Source: a virus
Virus record (IMG/VR): IMGVR_UViG_3300046519_000214
Coordinates: 16,554 to 80,553 of that record
DNA length: 64,000 nt
Strand: one strand, 5' to 3'
The notes beneath the pieces were generated by a model that saw nothing but the letters and a program-made list of their open reading frames with translations, did not search any database and had not been told where the DNA came from. Within the stretch, counting starts at the first letter, position 1. Each line of letters opens with the position of its first letter. The translations under genes and the position numbers were made by a program. This document shows positions 37,733 through 46,030 of the stretch, in pieces.

Positions 37733-38102
37733 TCGTGTGCTGCTCAGCAATGAGGGTTTGAAGGTATCACGTCCAGGCATGGACGTGCTGAGTGCTGCAA
37801 ATGTAAACCTGAACTTCTCGTCTGATTGGTCAGCAATGACGCTGCTCATCTCGGGCAAGGTCTACGTCACCGGGACGACCGTCATCCCTTTTGGCAAGAC
37901 CTTCTCTCGAATCCCCCAGGTAACCGTCCCGTACAACTTCAACTCGGCCGAGTTGGGTTATCAATGGATGTATTTGCAGTTCAACGATTTGACCCTGGGA
38001 TTGAACGGGGTTGCACAAGTTTTCAACGATCGGCTGGAACTCTACGCGGGCACCTGGGGACCGATCTACATGGGCTACTTCATTTGGGATTACGCTGTAT
38101 GA
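37725..38102 (+). CDS. Small tail-tip protein, paralog 3
   Basis: TTG start; NRVLL...SRPGMDV...FSS. Confidence 0.6.
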   Translation: MPNRVLLSNEGLKVSRPGMDVLSAANVNLNFSSDWSAMTLLISGKVYVTGTTVIPFGKTFSRIPQVTVPYNFNSAELGYQWMYLQFNDLTLGLNGVAQVFNDRLELYAGTWGPIYMGYFIWDYAV

Positions 38103-38662
38103 TTATCGAACACTTACCTGACGGCCGGATCACTCACGCCATCTGGGATCCAGTCTCCCCCGACATTCATGCCGCTTTCGAGGAGCAGGGGCGACCCTAC
38201 TTGGATTTCCCTCCAGTGGCCCTGCCTGACATCGGCGCCGTCGACCCCACAACGGGCCAGCCCATCATGGAGACGGTCCAGATTCCAAGGATCGACGCTG
38301 AAGGTCAGCCCGTCGTCGATGAGCTGGGCGAGCAGGTAGTCGACACCTTCGAGCAGCAGATAGTCATCACCGGTCGTCTGGAATCCGTGAAGTGTGCCAT
38401 TGAGAGCGACTACATTCTGGATGGACAGATCACGGCACGGCCGAAGTTCGATGTACCTGCCGAAATCAATCTCAAGGTCGGTGAGACTGTCAAGCTGACT
38501 GGCTTGCCGGATCCTTGCAACGTTTGGGTGGACCGCGATCCCACTATCCTGACCGGTGGCGAGCTCGAGCTCGAGGCCGAGATGCCGGCGACCTACAACA
38601 TCGTGCTCGAGAAGTGGCCGTACATGGAACGCTACGTGAAGGTGACGATCGATGAAGCTTAA
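38099..38662 (+). CDS. Hypothetical tail-associated protein
   Basis: ATGA-coupled start, acidic 187 aa. Confidence 0.65.
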   Translation: MIIEHLPDGRITHAIWDPVSPDIHAAFEEQGRPYLDFPPVALPDIGAVDPTTGQPIMETVQIPRIDAEGQPVVDELGEQVVDTFEQQIVITGRLESVKCAIESDYILDGQITARPKFDVPAEINLKVGETVKLTGLPDPCNVWVDRDPTILTGGELELEAEMPATYNIVLEKWPYMERYVKVTIDEA

Positions 38663-39032
38663 TCTGAAGAAGGATCTGACTCCGATCCGCGCCGCGGCGA
38701 TCGCCAAGATCGATGCTGCAGCCGAGCTCGCACGTGGAAGGTACATCACGCTCGGCGCCGGTCAGGCCATGACCTACCTGGAGAAGGAACGCCAAGCAGA
38801 GACGGTTTGCGCGGACCCGAACATAAACCCGAACCTGGTCCGCCTAGTGGCGATCGACGCTGAGCGATACAACGTCACGCTCCTGGACGCCGCGGCTGTC
38901 ATTCTCACTATGGCCGAGAGCTGGCGTGTCGTCGGACCTATGATCGAAGACAAACGCATGGTGGCCAAGGATCTTGTGGCCGCAGCGACAACACCAGCCG
39001 CAATCGAAGCAGCAACGGAGATAGCCTGGTGA
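38652..39032 (+). CDS. Putative tail fibre assembly chaperone
   Basis: ID..AE..R..YIT...GQ..TY..K...A; ends in W. Confidence 0.6.
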   Translation: MKLNLKKDLTPIRAAAIAKIDAAAELARGRYITLGAGQAMTYLEKERQAETVCADPNINPNLVRLVAIDAERYNVTLLDAAAVILTMAESWRVVGPMIEDKRMVAKDLVAAATTPAAIEAATEIAW

Positions 39033-39190
39033 GCAAGACCCGAAACAAAGGCATCATCGCGTATGGCACGGACGAGGATCGCGAGAAGCTCGCGGTCCTG
39101 GCCGACACCTATGGACTGTCCGGAAGCGAGTTTCTGATTAAGATGATCAGGGAAAAATTTGAACAACTATTCGGTGCATCGGTTCCATAA
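39029..39190 (+). CDS. 53-aa ribbon-helix-helix (CopG-like) protein, absent from the ORF track
   Basis: ggag RBS, GTG overlapping upstream TGA; MSKTRNKGIIAYGTDEDREKLAVLADTYGLSGSEFLIKMIREKFEQLFGASVP. Confidence 0.7.
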   Translation: MSKTRNKGIIAYGTDEDREKLAVLADTYGLSGSEFLIKMIREKFEQLFGASVP

Positions 39191-39193
39191 CAG

Positions 39194-39269
39194 AACCTAT
39201 GCGATTATCCGTCATAAGGTTTAAGCCTTTCCGATTATCCGTTATAAGGTTTCGCCCAGCCCTTATAAC
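39194..39269. repeat. Direct and inverted repeats (operator or centromere-like)
   Basis: cgattatccgtYataaggttt at 39202-39222 and 39232-39252; inverted ccttataac at 39261-39269. Confidence 0.85.
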
Positions 39270-39356
39270 CTTCAAACTGAACCGTTCTGAGTCAACCGGA
39301 ACGGGAATCCTCCAGCCACTGTAACCATATTTACGGGAACCAATTGGAGTTCCCGT

Positions 39357-39686
39357 ATGCCCCTCACCGACGCTTTCACCCACCGGCTTGACGGCCTTGA
39401 ATCGGCAGTCCGGCAGATGTCTGATCGCCTCGTTGCAATGGCGGAGTTTATGGAGCGCCTGGTCGTGCTCGAGGAGCGTAACAGCTTCGTCTCGACCCAG
39501 GTGAAGGAAGTGAAGGATGGCTTCAAGGAGGCCATTGGGGAACTCAAAGCCCAACACACGGACCTCGAGAAAAAGTACACGGCCTTGAATGAGAAGGTCG
39601 TCCGCCTGGTGACGCTTTGCTCCGTTGCCAGTGCTGTGATCTCCGCTGTTGGCCCGCTGCTCCTCAAGAAGTTCGTGGGGCTCTGA
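39357..39686 (+). CDS. Coiled-coil protein with C-terminal TM helix (lysis module)
   Basis: Heptad pattern, hydrophobic tail, position. Confidence 0.65.
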   Translation: MPLTDAFTHRLDGLESAVRQMSDRLVAMAEFMERLVVLEERNSFVSTQVKEVKDGFKEAIGELKAQHTDLEKKYTALNEKVVRLVTLCSVASAVISAVGPLLLKKFVGL

Positions 39687-39934
39687 TGCCGAAGCTGCAC
39701 CCCGACTGGTGGACGATTCTGCGTCACTCCTGGTCGCTGATGTGCGTCTACTTCTTCCTGTTCCTCGTCGTGCTTGAGCCGATCTGCGACACGCTGCTGT
39801 CCATGATGGCTGGCTCGTCGCTTCCGCCGGCCGTCCGACTTGGCTTCTCCATCCTGGACGGCCTGGTCGGCCTCGGCGCGGTCTACGGACGCCTCATCCC
39901 CCAGAAGAAAATCTCAGGAGCCAAGAATGGCTAA
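39686..39934 (+). CDS. Holin (two TM segments)
   Basis: MPKLHPDWWTILRHSWS..., basic C-terminus, precedes endolysin. Confidence 0.65.
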   Translation: MPKLHPDWWTILRHSWSLMCVYFFLFLVVLEPICDTLLSMMAGSSLPPAVRLGFSILDGLVGLGAVYGRLIPQKKISGAKNG

Positions 39935-40418
39935 GAAGACGATCATCGGCACGATCGCCAGTGCTGCTGTTGCGATCGGCGTCTCCATTGCTGAACCGGC
40001 GGAAGGTTATGTCGGCTACGTCTACCGCGATGCGGTCGGCGTGCTGACCTACTGCATGGGAGAAACTGAAAATGCGAAGTCCATGCAGGGCCGGAAGTTT
40101 TCCAGGCAAGAGTGTCATGACCTGCTGGTTAAGCGCATGGCCCACTACGATCAAGGTAACGCGGCATGCGTCAAGAACTGGGACGCCCTCCCCGTCGAGA
40201 CTCGAGGAGCCTTCGACAGCTTCAGCTACAACATCGGAGTCGGGGGCTTCTGTGGCTCGAGCTCGGCCCGCTATCTTCGCACCGGAAACATCAAAGCCGC
40301 CTGCGAAGGAATGCTGGCCTGGAACAAGGGGACAGTGAACGGCAAGAAGGTCGTGCTCCCGGGCTTGGCGAAGCGCAGAGCGACGGAGCGGAACATGTGC
40401 ATGCGGGGAGTGGAATGA
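39927..40418 (+). CDS. SAR endolysin (GH24 lysozyme)
   Basis: Weakly hydrophobic N-terminal anchor; E-x8-D-x5-T triad; SFSYNIG, GL..RR..E. Confidence 0.9.
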   Translation: MAKKTIIGTIASAAVAIGVSIAEPAEGYVGYVYRDAVGVLTYCMGETENAKSMQGRKFSRQECHDLLVKRMAHYDQGNAACVKNWDALPVETRGAFDSFSYNIGVGGFCGSSSARYLRTGNIKAACEGMLAWNKGTVNGKKVVLPGLAKRRATERNMCMRGVE

Positions 40419-40771
40419 TTCCTCTCACGCTCCTCGAGCCGTTAGCAAAACCGGTCCTGATCTGTGCCGTGGCAGCAGGCCTGGTCTTTGGCGGATACTT
40501 CTACGGACAGCACGTCGCGAACGAGAGGCACGAAGCGGCCGAGCTCGCCAAGTGGGTGAAGGACATCAACCTCGGAATAGCGATCGACTCTGCTGACCGC
40601 GTGAAGCGGGAACAGGATCAGAGTCGGATTACAGAATTGCAGAAGGAGCTGGCGAATGCTCGCGCCAAGATTAAGAAGCCTGACGATACCTGCTTTGACA
40701 GCGATGATGTTGAGCAGCTGTGGAACATCTGGCCTCACGGACAGAGCAAACCTGCCTCTCCTGCCCGCTGA
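40415..40771 (+). CDS. i-spanin (Rz-like)
   Basis: N-terminal TM plus coiled coil. Confidence 0.75.
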   Translation: MIPLTLLEPLAKPVLICAVAAGLVFGGYFYGQHVANERHEAAELAKWVKDINLGIAIDSADRVKREQDQSRITELQKELANARAKIKKPDDTCFDSDDVEQLWNIWPHGQSKPASPAR

Positions 40772-40955
40772 CATCCGGACCTGTTTCGACGAGACAGTGC
40801 CTCCTCCCGAGCGTGGCAAGCGGATGTCGAAGGTGCAGGTGTACGACAAGTTCGGGGAGTTCATCACCCTGGACGAAAAGAAGTCGTCCTGTGGTCGACG
40901 ACTGATCGAGAGAGATGACGCTCTACGGACAGGACAAATAAAAAAGGCCCCGTGA
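40656..40955 (+). CDS. o-spanin lipoprotein (Rz1-like), overlapping
   Basis: Lipobox LSSC, Pro-rich, shifted frame. Confidence 0.75.
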   Translation: MLAPRLRSLTIPALTAMMLSSCGTSGLTDRANLPLLPADIRTCFDETVPPPERGKRMSKVQVYDKFGEFITLDEKKSSCGRRLIERDDALRTGQIKKAP

Positions 40956-40966
40956 GGGGCCTTTTT
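40940..40966. terminator. Bidirectional terminator between the convergent arms
   Basis: aaaaaa-ggcccc-gtga-ggggcc-ttttt. Confidence 0.9.
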
Positions 40967-40967
40967 C

Positions 40968-42608
40968 TTATGCTTCACATGCCACACAGGACTCGTTCGA
41001 TCGAGCCAGAGCCTGGGCCGGATTCGTCGACTCCTGATAATAGAGCGACTTCAGACCGAGCTTGTGGGCCTTGAGGGTCAGACGCATCTGCTCCTTCGGC
41101 GTCACGTTCGGCGGCATCTTCAGGTTCAGGCTCTGACCCTGATCGATGTAGCGACCACGAGCTGCGGCCTGTTCGATCACCTTGTCCATAGAGACCTCGC
41201 TGGCTGTCCGGAAGACGGCCTTCTCATGGTCCGTGAGGATGTCCAGGTGCTGAACCGAGCCCTCGCGAAGCAGGATCGAACGCCAGGTCTCAGCATTGTC
41301 CATGTTCTTCTGGCCGAGAACCTTCTCCAGGTACGGGTTGCGGAAGGTGAACTTGCCCTTCTGCAGATCCGGAACGAAGTAGTTGTTCTCGAACAGGCCG
41401 ATGCCTTCAGAAGCTTGGCCGAGGATGAAGGCCGAGGACTTCGTCGGCGCGATCGCCATGGTGGTGCTGTTGCGGCGCTTGTAGTTGATCAGCATCTCCG
41501 GAACACCGTATTCTCGGCCGAGGAGCTCCGACGCCTCATAGGACTGAGCCTGCATCTGCTGGAAGATCTTGATGTTCAAGATCGAAGCTTCAGCGCTCTC
41601 GAACGCGATCATCTTGGACTGCAACAGCGAGTGCCAGCCGAGGATGCCGAGACCGAGGGCACGGTGATGCAGAGCGAAGCGATAGGAGCTGTCCATGAAC
41701 GGCAGATCCTTCGTCTTCTCGATGTACTCGGACATGACGGCGTCGAGCAGATAGATGGCCACCTTCACCAGGTCGGTGTCCTTCCAGTCGTCATAGTGCA
41801 GCACGTTCAGGGAGAGCAGGTTGCAGACGAACGACTCTCTCGCCGTCGAGGGCAACATGATCTCGGTGCAGAGGTTGGACGACCAGATGGTCCGCTTCTG
41901 ATCACGATAAACGTCCGCAGCGAAGCGATTGGCGTTGTCGTGGAAGAAGATGAACGGACGACCGTTGGCGCGACGGCGCTCGAGGATCTTGGCGAACACA
42001 GCCTGGTTGCGTTCACTGCCGGCGAAGGCGTCTTCCAGGAACTTGTCTGTGATGGATACGGCTGGCTGGACGTTCTGCAGCGGGCTGGCCTTCGTGCGGA
42101 TCGTCAGATGTTCGTCGATGTCAGGGTGATCGGCCGGCAGGTAGACGGCGATCGAGCCACGGCGGACATTCGACTGGCTCACCACGGACGTTGTCGTTTC
42201 CGCCATCTGCATGAAATGGACAGCACCATAGCTCGAGCCGCCACCAGAGATGCCAGCGCCACGTCCACGGAGAGCACCATAGTAGGCAGAGGTGCCGGCG
42301 CCGTACTTGGTCTGGGCACCGATCTCGGCCGTCTTCAGCAGGATGCTGTCCATGGTATCGTCCATGAAGACGTTGTTGCAGCTGATCGGCAGGCCACGGG
42401 CGAGACCGAAGTTCGACCAGATTGGCGACGACAGGCTCATCCAGCCATTCATCAGGTACTCGGAGATCTTCTTTCCGATGTCAGGGCGATCGAGGATCTC
42501 CCCTGCCCGCTTGCCGACCTCAGCAATGCGGTCCTCTACGGACACTGCCTCCCGCAGATATCCGCGGGAGAGAAACTTACGGGTGTCATCGGTAATCCAG
42601 GTGGTCAT
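40968..42608 (-). CDS. nrdA: Ribonucleotide reductase class I alpha subunit (short, no evident ATP cone)
   Basis: PISC, SNLCTEI, CNL, APT.SS, DQGQSLN, SLYY, C-terminal CVAC. Confidence 0.95.
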   Translation of the reverse strand: MTTWITDDTRKFLSRGYLREAVSVEDRIAEVGKRAGEILDRPDIGKKISEYLMNGWMSLSSPIWSNFGLARGLPISCNNVFMDDTMDSILLKTAEIGAQTKYGAGTSAYYGALRGRGAGISGGGSSYGAVHFMQMAETTTSVVSQSNVRRGSIAVYLPADHPDIDEHLTIRTKASPLQNVQPAVSITDKFLEDAFAGSERNQAVFAKILERRRANGRPFIFFHDNANRFAADVYRDQKRTIWSSNLCTEIMLPSTARESFVCNLLSLNVLHYDDWKDTDLVKVAIYLLDAVMSEYIEKTKDLPFMDSSYRFALHHRALGLGILGWHSLLQSKMIAFESAEASILNIKIFQQMQAQSYEASELLGREYGVPEMLINYKRRNSTTMAIAPTKSSAFILGQASEGIGLFENNYFVPDLQKGKFTFRNPYLEKVLGQKNMDNAETWRSILLREGSVQHLDILTDHEKAVFRTASEVSMDKVIEQAAARGRYIDQGQSLNLKMPPNVTPKEQMRLTLKAHKLGLKSLYYQESTNPAQALARSNESCVACEA

Positions 42609-43573
42609 GCGAATAGTTCCTTCGGGTCGTATGCGACGTCGTTTTCGGTGTAGTCGACGGGGTTCTTGTGGAAGAAATCGGTCTTGTTGGTCCCGAAGAC
42701 TTCTTCATCCATCCAGAGCGTCTCGATCAGCGGCCAGTTGTTCAGGGGCGACGCAATACCGATGGCCTTGAGGCTGTCCTGCAGGCGGGTGGAGACGTAG
42801 TTCTTCAGGATATCGGCGCTGATGTTGTCGTCGGCGTAATCACCGATCATCCAGTCGATCAGCTTGCTCTCGGCCGAGTACGCTTCGATGCACTCATCAC
42901 GGATGCGCTCGGTCAGTTCGAAGTCGAACAGATCGGGATATTCCTGGCGCAGCGTGTTGATGATCTTGATGCCGACCTGGGCGTGGAGCGTCTCTTCGTT
43001 CTTCGTGTACTGAACCTGCTGAGCAGTGTCCTTCAGCACGTTCTTGAAGCGGTTGAACCACATGATCGTGTAGAACTGGCTGAAGAGACTGACGTTCTCG
43101 ACGAAAAGCGTGAACAGGATGATTGAGTAGACGTACTGCTTGCGATCGTCCTCGTAGACACGTTGTGCATGCTTGCGGAGATAGTTCACGCGGGCGCGAA
43201 CGACATCGATCTTCAGGTTCTCTTCGAAGACCGCCTCCAGACCCAGCACCTCGAGCAGCCGCTCGTAGGCCTGGTTGTGGATCACTTCGGTGTACGCCAT
43301 GACGTAGCCGAGATCCTTGATCGCAGGGTGACGCAGGTTCCGGCCCAGGTTCGCCCAGAAGTCCTTCACGGCGATCTCGATCTGGCCGATCGCGGAGAGC
43401 GTGCGGACGACGATCTGACGCTCCTGGTCGGTGAGAGCCGTCTTGAACTGGTCGAAGTCAGACTGGAATGAGAACTCGTTGACTGTCCATGGTGAGGAGG
43501 TGATGGCGTGGATGAAGTCGTCAGTCCACGGATACAGGTTAGGCTTACGCGCAATTTGCTCGTTGAAAAGCAT
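42605..43573 (-). CDS. nrdB: Ribonucleotide reductase beta subunit
   Basis: EVIHNQAY, ENVSLFSQF, EETLH, DFF...VDY. Confidence 0.95.
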   Translation of the reverse strand: MLFNEQIARKPNLYPWTDDFIHAITSSPWTVNEFSFQSDFDQFKTALTDQERQIVVRTLSAIGQIEIAVKDFWANLGRNLRHPAIKDLGYVMAYTEVIHNQAYERLLEVLGLEAVFEENLKIDVVRARVNYLRKHAQRVYEDDRKQYVYSIILFTLFVENVSLFSQFYTIMWFNRFKNVLKDTAQQVQYTKNEETLHAQVGIKIINTLRQEYPDLFDFELTERIRDECIEAYSAESKLIDWMIGDYADDNISADILKNYVSTRLQDSLKAIGIASPLNNWPLIETLWMDEEVFGTNKTDFFHKNPVDYTENDVAYDPKELFA

Positions 43574-43658
43574 CAGTTTTTCCTTGTTGGATGTCTTAGG
43601 TGGTGAGCCCCGCCGGCGGTCGCCATGGCGGGGCTGATGCGGTCTGGTTCAGTTAGGA

Positions 43659-43901
43659 TCAGCGGACGAAGGTGATCTTCGGACGGACGCTATTGCGCTC
43701 GCATTTGAAGAACATCTTCTCGAAATCCTGGAACCGACCCTCCTCTTTCAGCTTGGCAATCTTGGCCGGATTGGTCCGGACCTCTGCGACACTGGCCATC
43801 ATGATCTTGGCGTTGTCCTCGCACTTATCCATGTCGTAGGGCAGCGGCCCCCAGGTTCCGCCGATCGAGGTGCCGACGTACAGAACGAGCCAGAGCTTCA
43901 A
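43659..43901 (-). CDS. Small hypothetical protein
   Basis: Coupled ORF. Confidence 0.6.
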   Translation of the reverse strand: MKLWLVLYVGTSIGGTWGPLPYDMDKCEDNAKIMMASVAEVRTNPAKIAKLKEEGRFQDFEKMFFKCERNSVRPKITFVR

Positions 43902-44464
43902 TGGAACGTCACCTTTCCATTCGTGAGGTCGATCTCCACGGCGCCGGTTGGGCTCCGGAACACTTCGGCTTCCGCCTCGAGGTCACGGTTGACTGCGAGC
44001 TCCGTGGTGAACTTGTCCGGATAGCGCTTAGCCAGCTTGGCGATGTTGCGCTCGAACACTTCCTCGAACGTGATGTCGAACTTCTTGAATAGCAGCGACA
44101 GGTACCAGAGGAAATCGCCGCTCTCGTCGACGACACGGGCGCGGATGACATCGCGGGGATCGTCCGACAGGACGGCCTCGGAGATCTCACCGACCTCCCC
44201 CTCCATGCCGAGGATGGCATGGAGCTCGTCCTCGTCCATGAAGAACGGGAGGCCGAGCGGGTTCTTGGCGATCTCGGCGTAGTCAGTCTTCTTGAGGCGC
44301 TCGGTGTTGCCGTAGATCAGCGCCCGCTTCACTGCGTCGATGATGTCGGCCGACTTCTTGCGAGCGTCCATCAACTGGCCGACGAAGGCCGGATTGACGT
44401 TATTCAGGAAGAAGACGGGAGCGAGAGTGCGGCCAAACTGCTGCTGGTATTCAGATGCTTGCAT
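43898..44464 (-). CDS. MazG-like NTP pyrophosphohydrolase
   Basis: GMEGEVGE...DESGDFLWY...NIAKL..RYP. Confidence 0.9.
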   Translation of the reverse strand: MQASEYQQQFGRTLAPVFFLNNVNPAFVGQLMDARKKSADIIDAVKRALIYGNTERLKKTDYAEIAKNPLGLPFFMDEDELHAILGMEGEVGEISEAVLSDDPRDVIRARVVDESGDFLWYLSLLFKKFDITFEEVFERNIAKLAKRYPDKFTTELAVNRDLEAEAEVFRSPTGAVEIDLTNGKVTFH

Positions 44465-44476
44465 GTACTTGGATCC

Positions 44477-45100
44477 TTAGTGGAAGACTACTTGTTCGCC
44501 GTTGAAAACGGGGAAACCGAAAGGGAGAGCGGAGGTGGGGATGCGGGGAGTGTCGGGGAACTTCACGACATTGTCCGGTGTGGGCTGTGGCTCGCCCTGG
44601 AACTCGACCCAACGGGCCAGTTCCCAGGCCGCGGTGACCAGGTGAGAGAGAGGACCACCGTCGCGGAATGCGAGAAGCTCGTTCAGCACCCAGATCAGGC
44701 TCGGTTCCGGATCGAACTCGATGCCTTCCGGAGCGGCCGAGGTGACGAAGCGATCGTCATTGCCAACACCCTGGCTGGCGAACTCGAGCAGGAAGGCGAT
44801 GTTGCAGCCGAGGTGGCCGGCCTCGGACAGGTTGCTCTCAGGGTCCGTGGTGTGACCATCGAGCATGCGGATCAGGTGACGGAGAGCGCTGTTCATGACG
44901 CTGTCCCAGCTGCCGCCCTTGCGCCAGTTGTGGCTGCTGTACTTCTTGGCGCCGAAATCGAGCACCTCACCGACGAGCCAGATCAGCTTCGTCGGGAAGG
45001 CCGAGTGGCATTCATAGGCCGAGTTGAAGATGGCTTCGAAGAAGCTCGAAGGGATGAGTGCGAGCGGGTTCTTACCCGTGTTGTAGCGAAGCATGGTCAT
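44477..45100 (-). CDS. dATP/dGTP diphosphohydrolase-domain (DUF5664-like) protein
   Basis: RYNTGK..LALIP, FGAKKY..HNW.KG, RHL, DPES.L...H..CN..FL. Confidence 0.85.
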   Translation of the reverse strand: MTMLRYNTGKNPLALIPSSFFEAIFNSAYECHSAFPTKLIWLVGEVLDFGAKKYSSHNWRKGGSWDSVMNSALRHLIRMLDGHTTDPESNLSEAGHLGCNIAFLLEFASQGVGNDDRFVTSAAPEGIEFDPEPSLIWVLNELLAFRDGGPLSHLVTAAWELARWVEFQGEPQPTPDNVVKFPDTPRIPTSALPFGFPVFNGEQVVFH

Positions 45101-45609
45101 CAGAGGAGTCCCAGGAAACGGAAGGTTTTGCGGAGGTTTTGTTCGGCTTCGCGCCATTCCCAGCCTTCGACACGCACGTTGAGTGGTGCCAGACCCGGGA
45201 TGATGTACGGGGGCTCGAAAAGCTGCTCCATCTCGTCGGCGCAGATGCGGCGATCGTAGTGAGTGAGGAGCTCCATGTTCTCCCATGGTTCATTGAACTG
45301 CCGGAAGATGTGCATCTGCACGCTCTTCTCGAACTCGACGTAGTCAGGCAACGCCGCCTTGAAGGGATGAGGCAGATCGTTGGTGAGACCCTCGTTGAGA
45401 TCGTGGAGAGCAGCCGCACGCTTCAGACCCACAGGCACCTTGTTGACGAGGTGAACCGTGTGCTCCGCGACGGAGTAGAAGCGGTTGGTGTGGCCCGTGT
45501 AGCGGTTGAGCTTAGCGAGCGGCGGGATGAGTTCGTCGAGCGAAAGGACTACGCCCTCGAGCGCGAACGGGTCGACGCGGCGACCGGAAGAAAGAAGGAT
45601 CGCGGTCAT
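45100..45609 (-). CDS. HD-domain 5'-deoxynucleotidase-like hydrolase
   Basis: RY.GH...FYSVAEH, LHD..E...D. Confidence 0.88.
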   Translation of the reverse strand: MTAILLSSGRRVDPFALEGVVLSLDELIPPLAKLNRYTGHTNRFYSVAEHTVHLVNKVPVGLKRAAALHDLNEGLTNDLPHPFKAALPDYVEFEKSVQMHIFRQFNEPWENMELLTHYDRRICADEMEQLFEPPYIIPGLAPLNVRVEGWEWREAEQNLRKTFRFLGLL

Positions 45610-45610
45610 C

Positions 45611-46030
45611 TTACATGACCACCATGGTGGAGAAAAAATTCCGACGTTCAGTCGGCTTCAGACGCGGGATCAGGTACAAGATGACCCAACCATTGAGTTC
45701 CGTGGTCTGGCACATTTCGTGGGTGCCGGCGTCGTACTTCTGACGGGCGTCCGCAATGACTGCGGTGAAATGCTTCGGCCATTCTTGGCCTTGACGCTTT
45801 ACAGCGATGACATTGTGCTCGTGGCCTGGGCGGCCGAGCGTCCGGATGTCTGCCGGTTCCGGTTCAGTGACCGTCGCGATACCCACGCGGCGGGTGGCAA
45901 GTTCACGCTTACGCTGGTCGAGCAGGGCGTGATAATCGAGACCGAGAGCACGGGCGACCTTCGAGAGATTGCCGCCCGTGCGCTTCAGTTCTTCCTTAAT
46001 TAGATTGGAAGTCTGCGAGTTGGTATTCAC
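45611..46030 (-). CDS. Protein with N-terminal Fis-like HTH
   Basis: L..TGGNLSKVARALGL; aggag RBS. Confidence 0.65.
   Translation of the reverse strand: MNTNSQTSNLIKEELKRTGGNLSKVARALGLDYHALLDQRKRELATRRVGIATVTEPEPADIRTLGRPGHEHNVIAVKRQGQEWPKHFTAVIADARQKYDAGTHEMCQTTELNGWVILYLIPRLKPTERRNFFSTMVVM

Noticed and set aside
39194-39269. Mini CRISPR array
   Set aside because: Only two 21-bp repeats with a 9-nt spacer, and no cas genes
40968-43573. Introns or inteins in nrdA/nrdB (also checked polA and terL)
   Set aside because: ORFs are continuous, of normal or short length, with no splicing or homing-endonuclease motifs
43898-45609. Complete 2-aminoadenine (Z) genome system
   Set aside because: No PurZ/adenylosuccinate-synthetase-like ORF in the window
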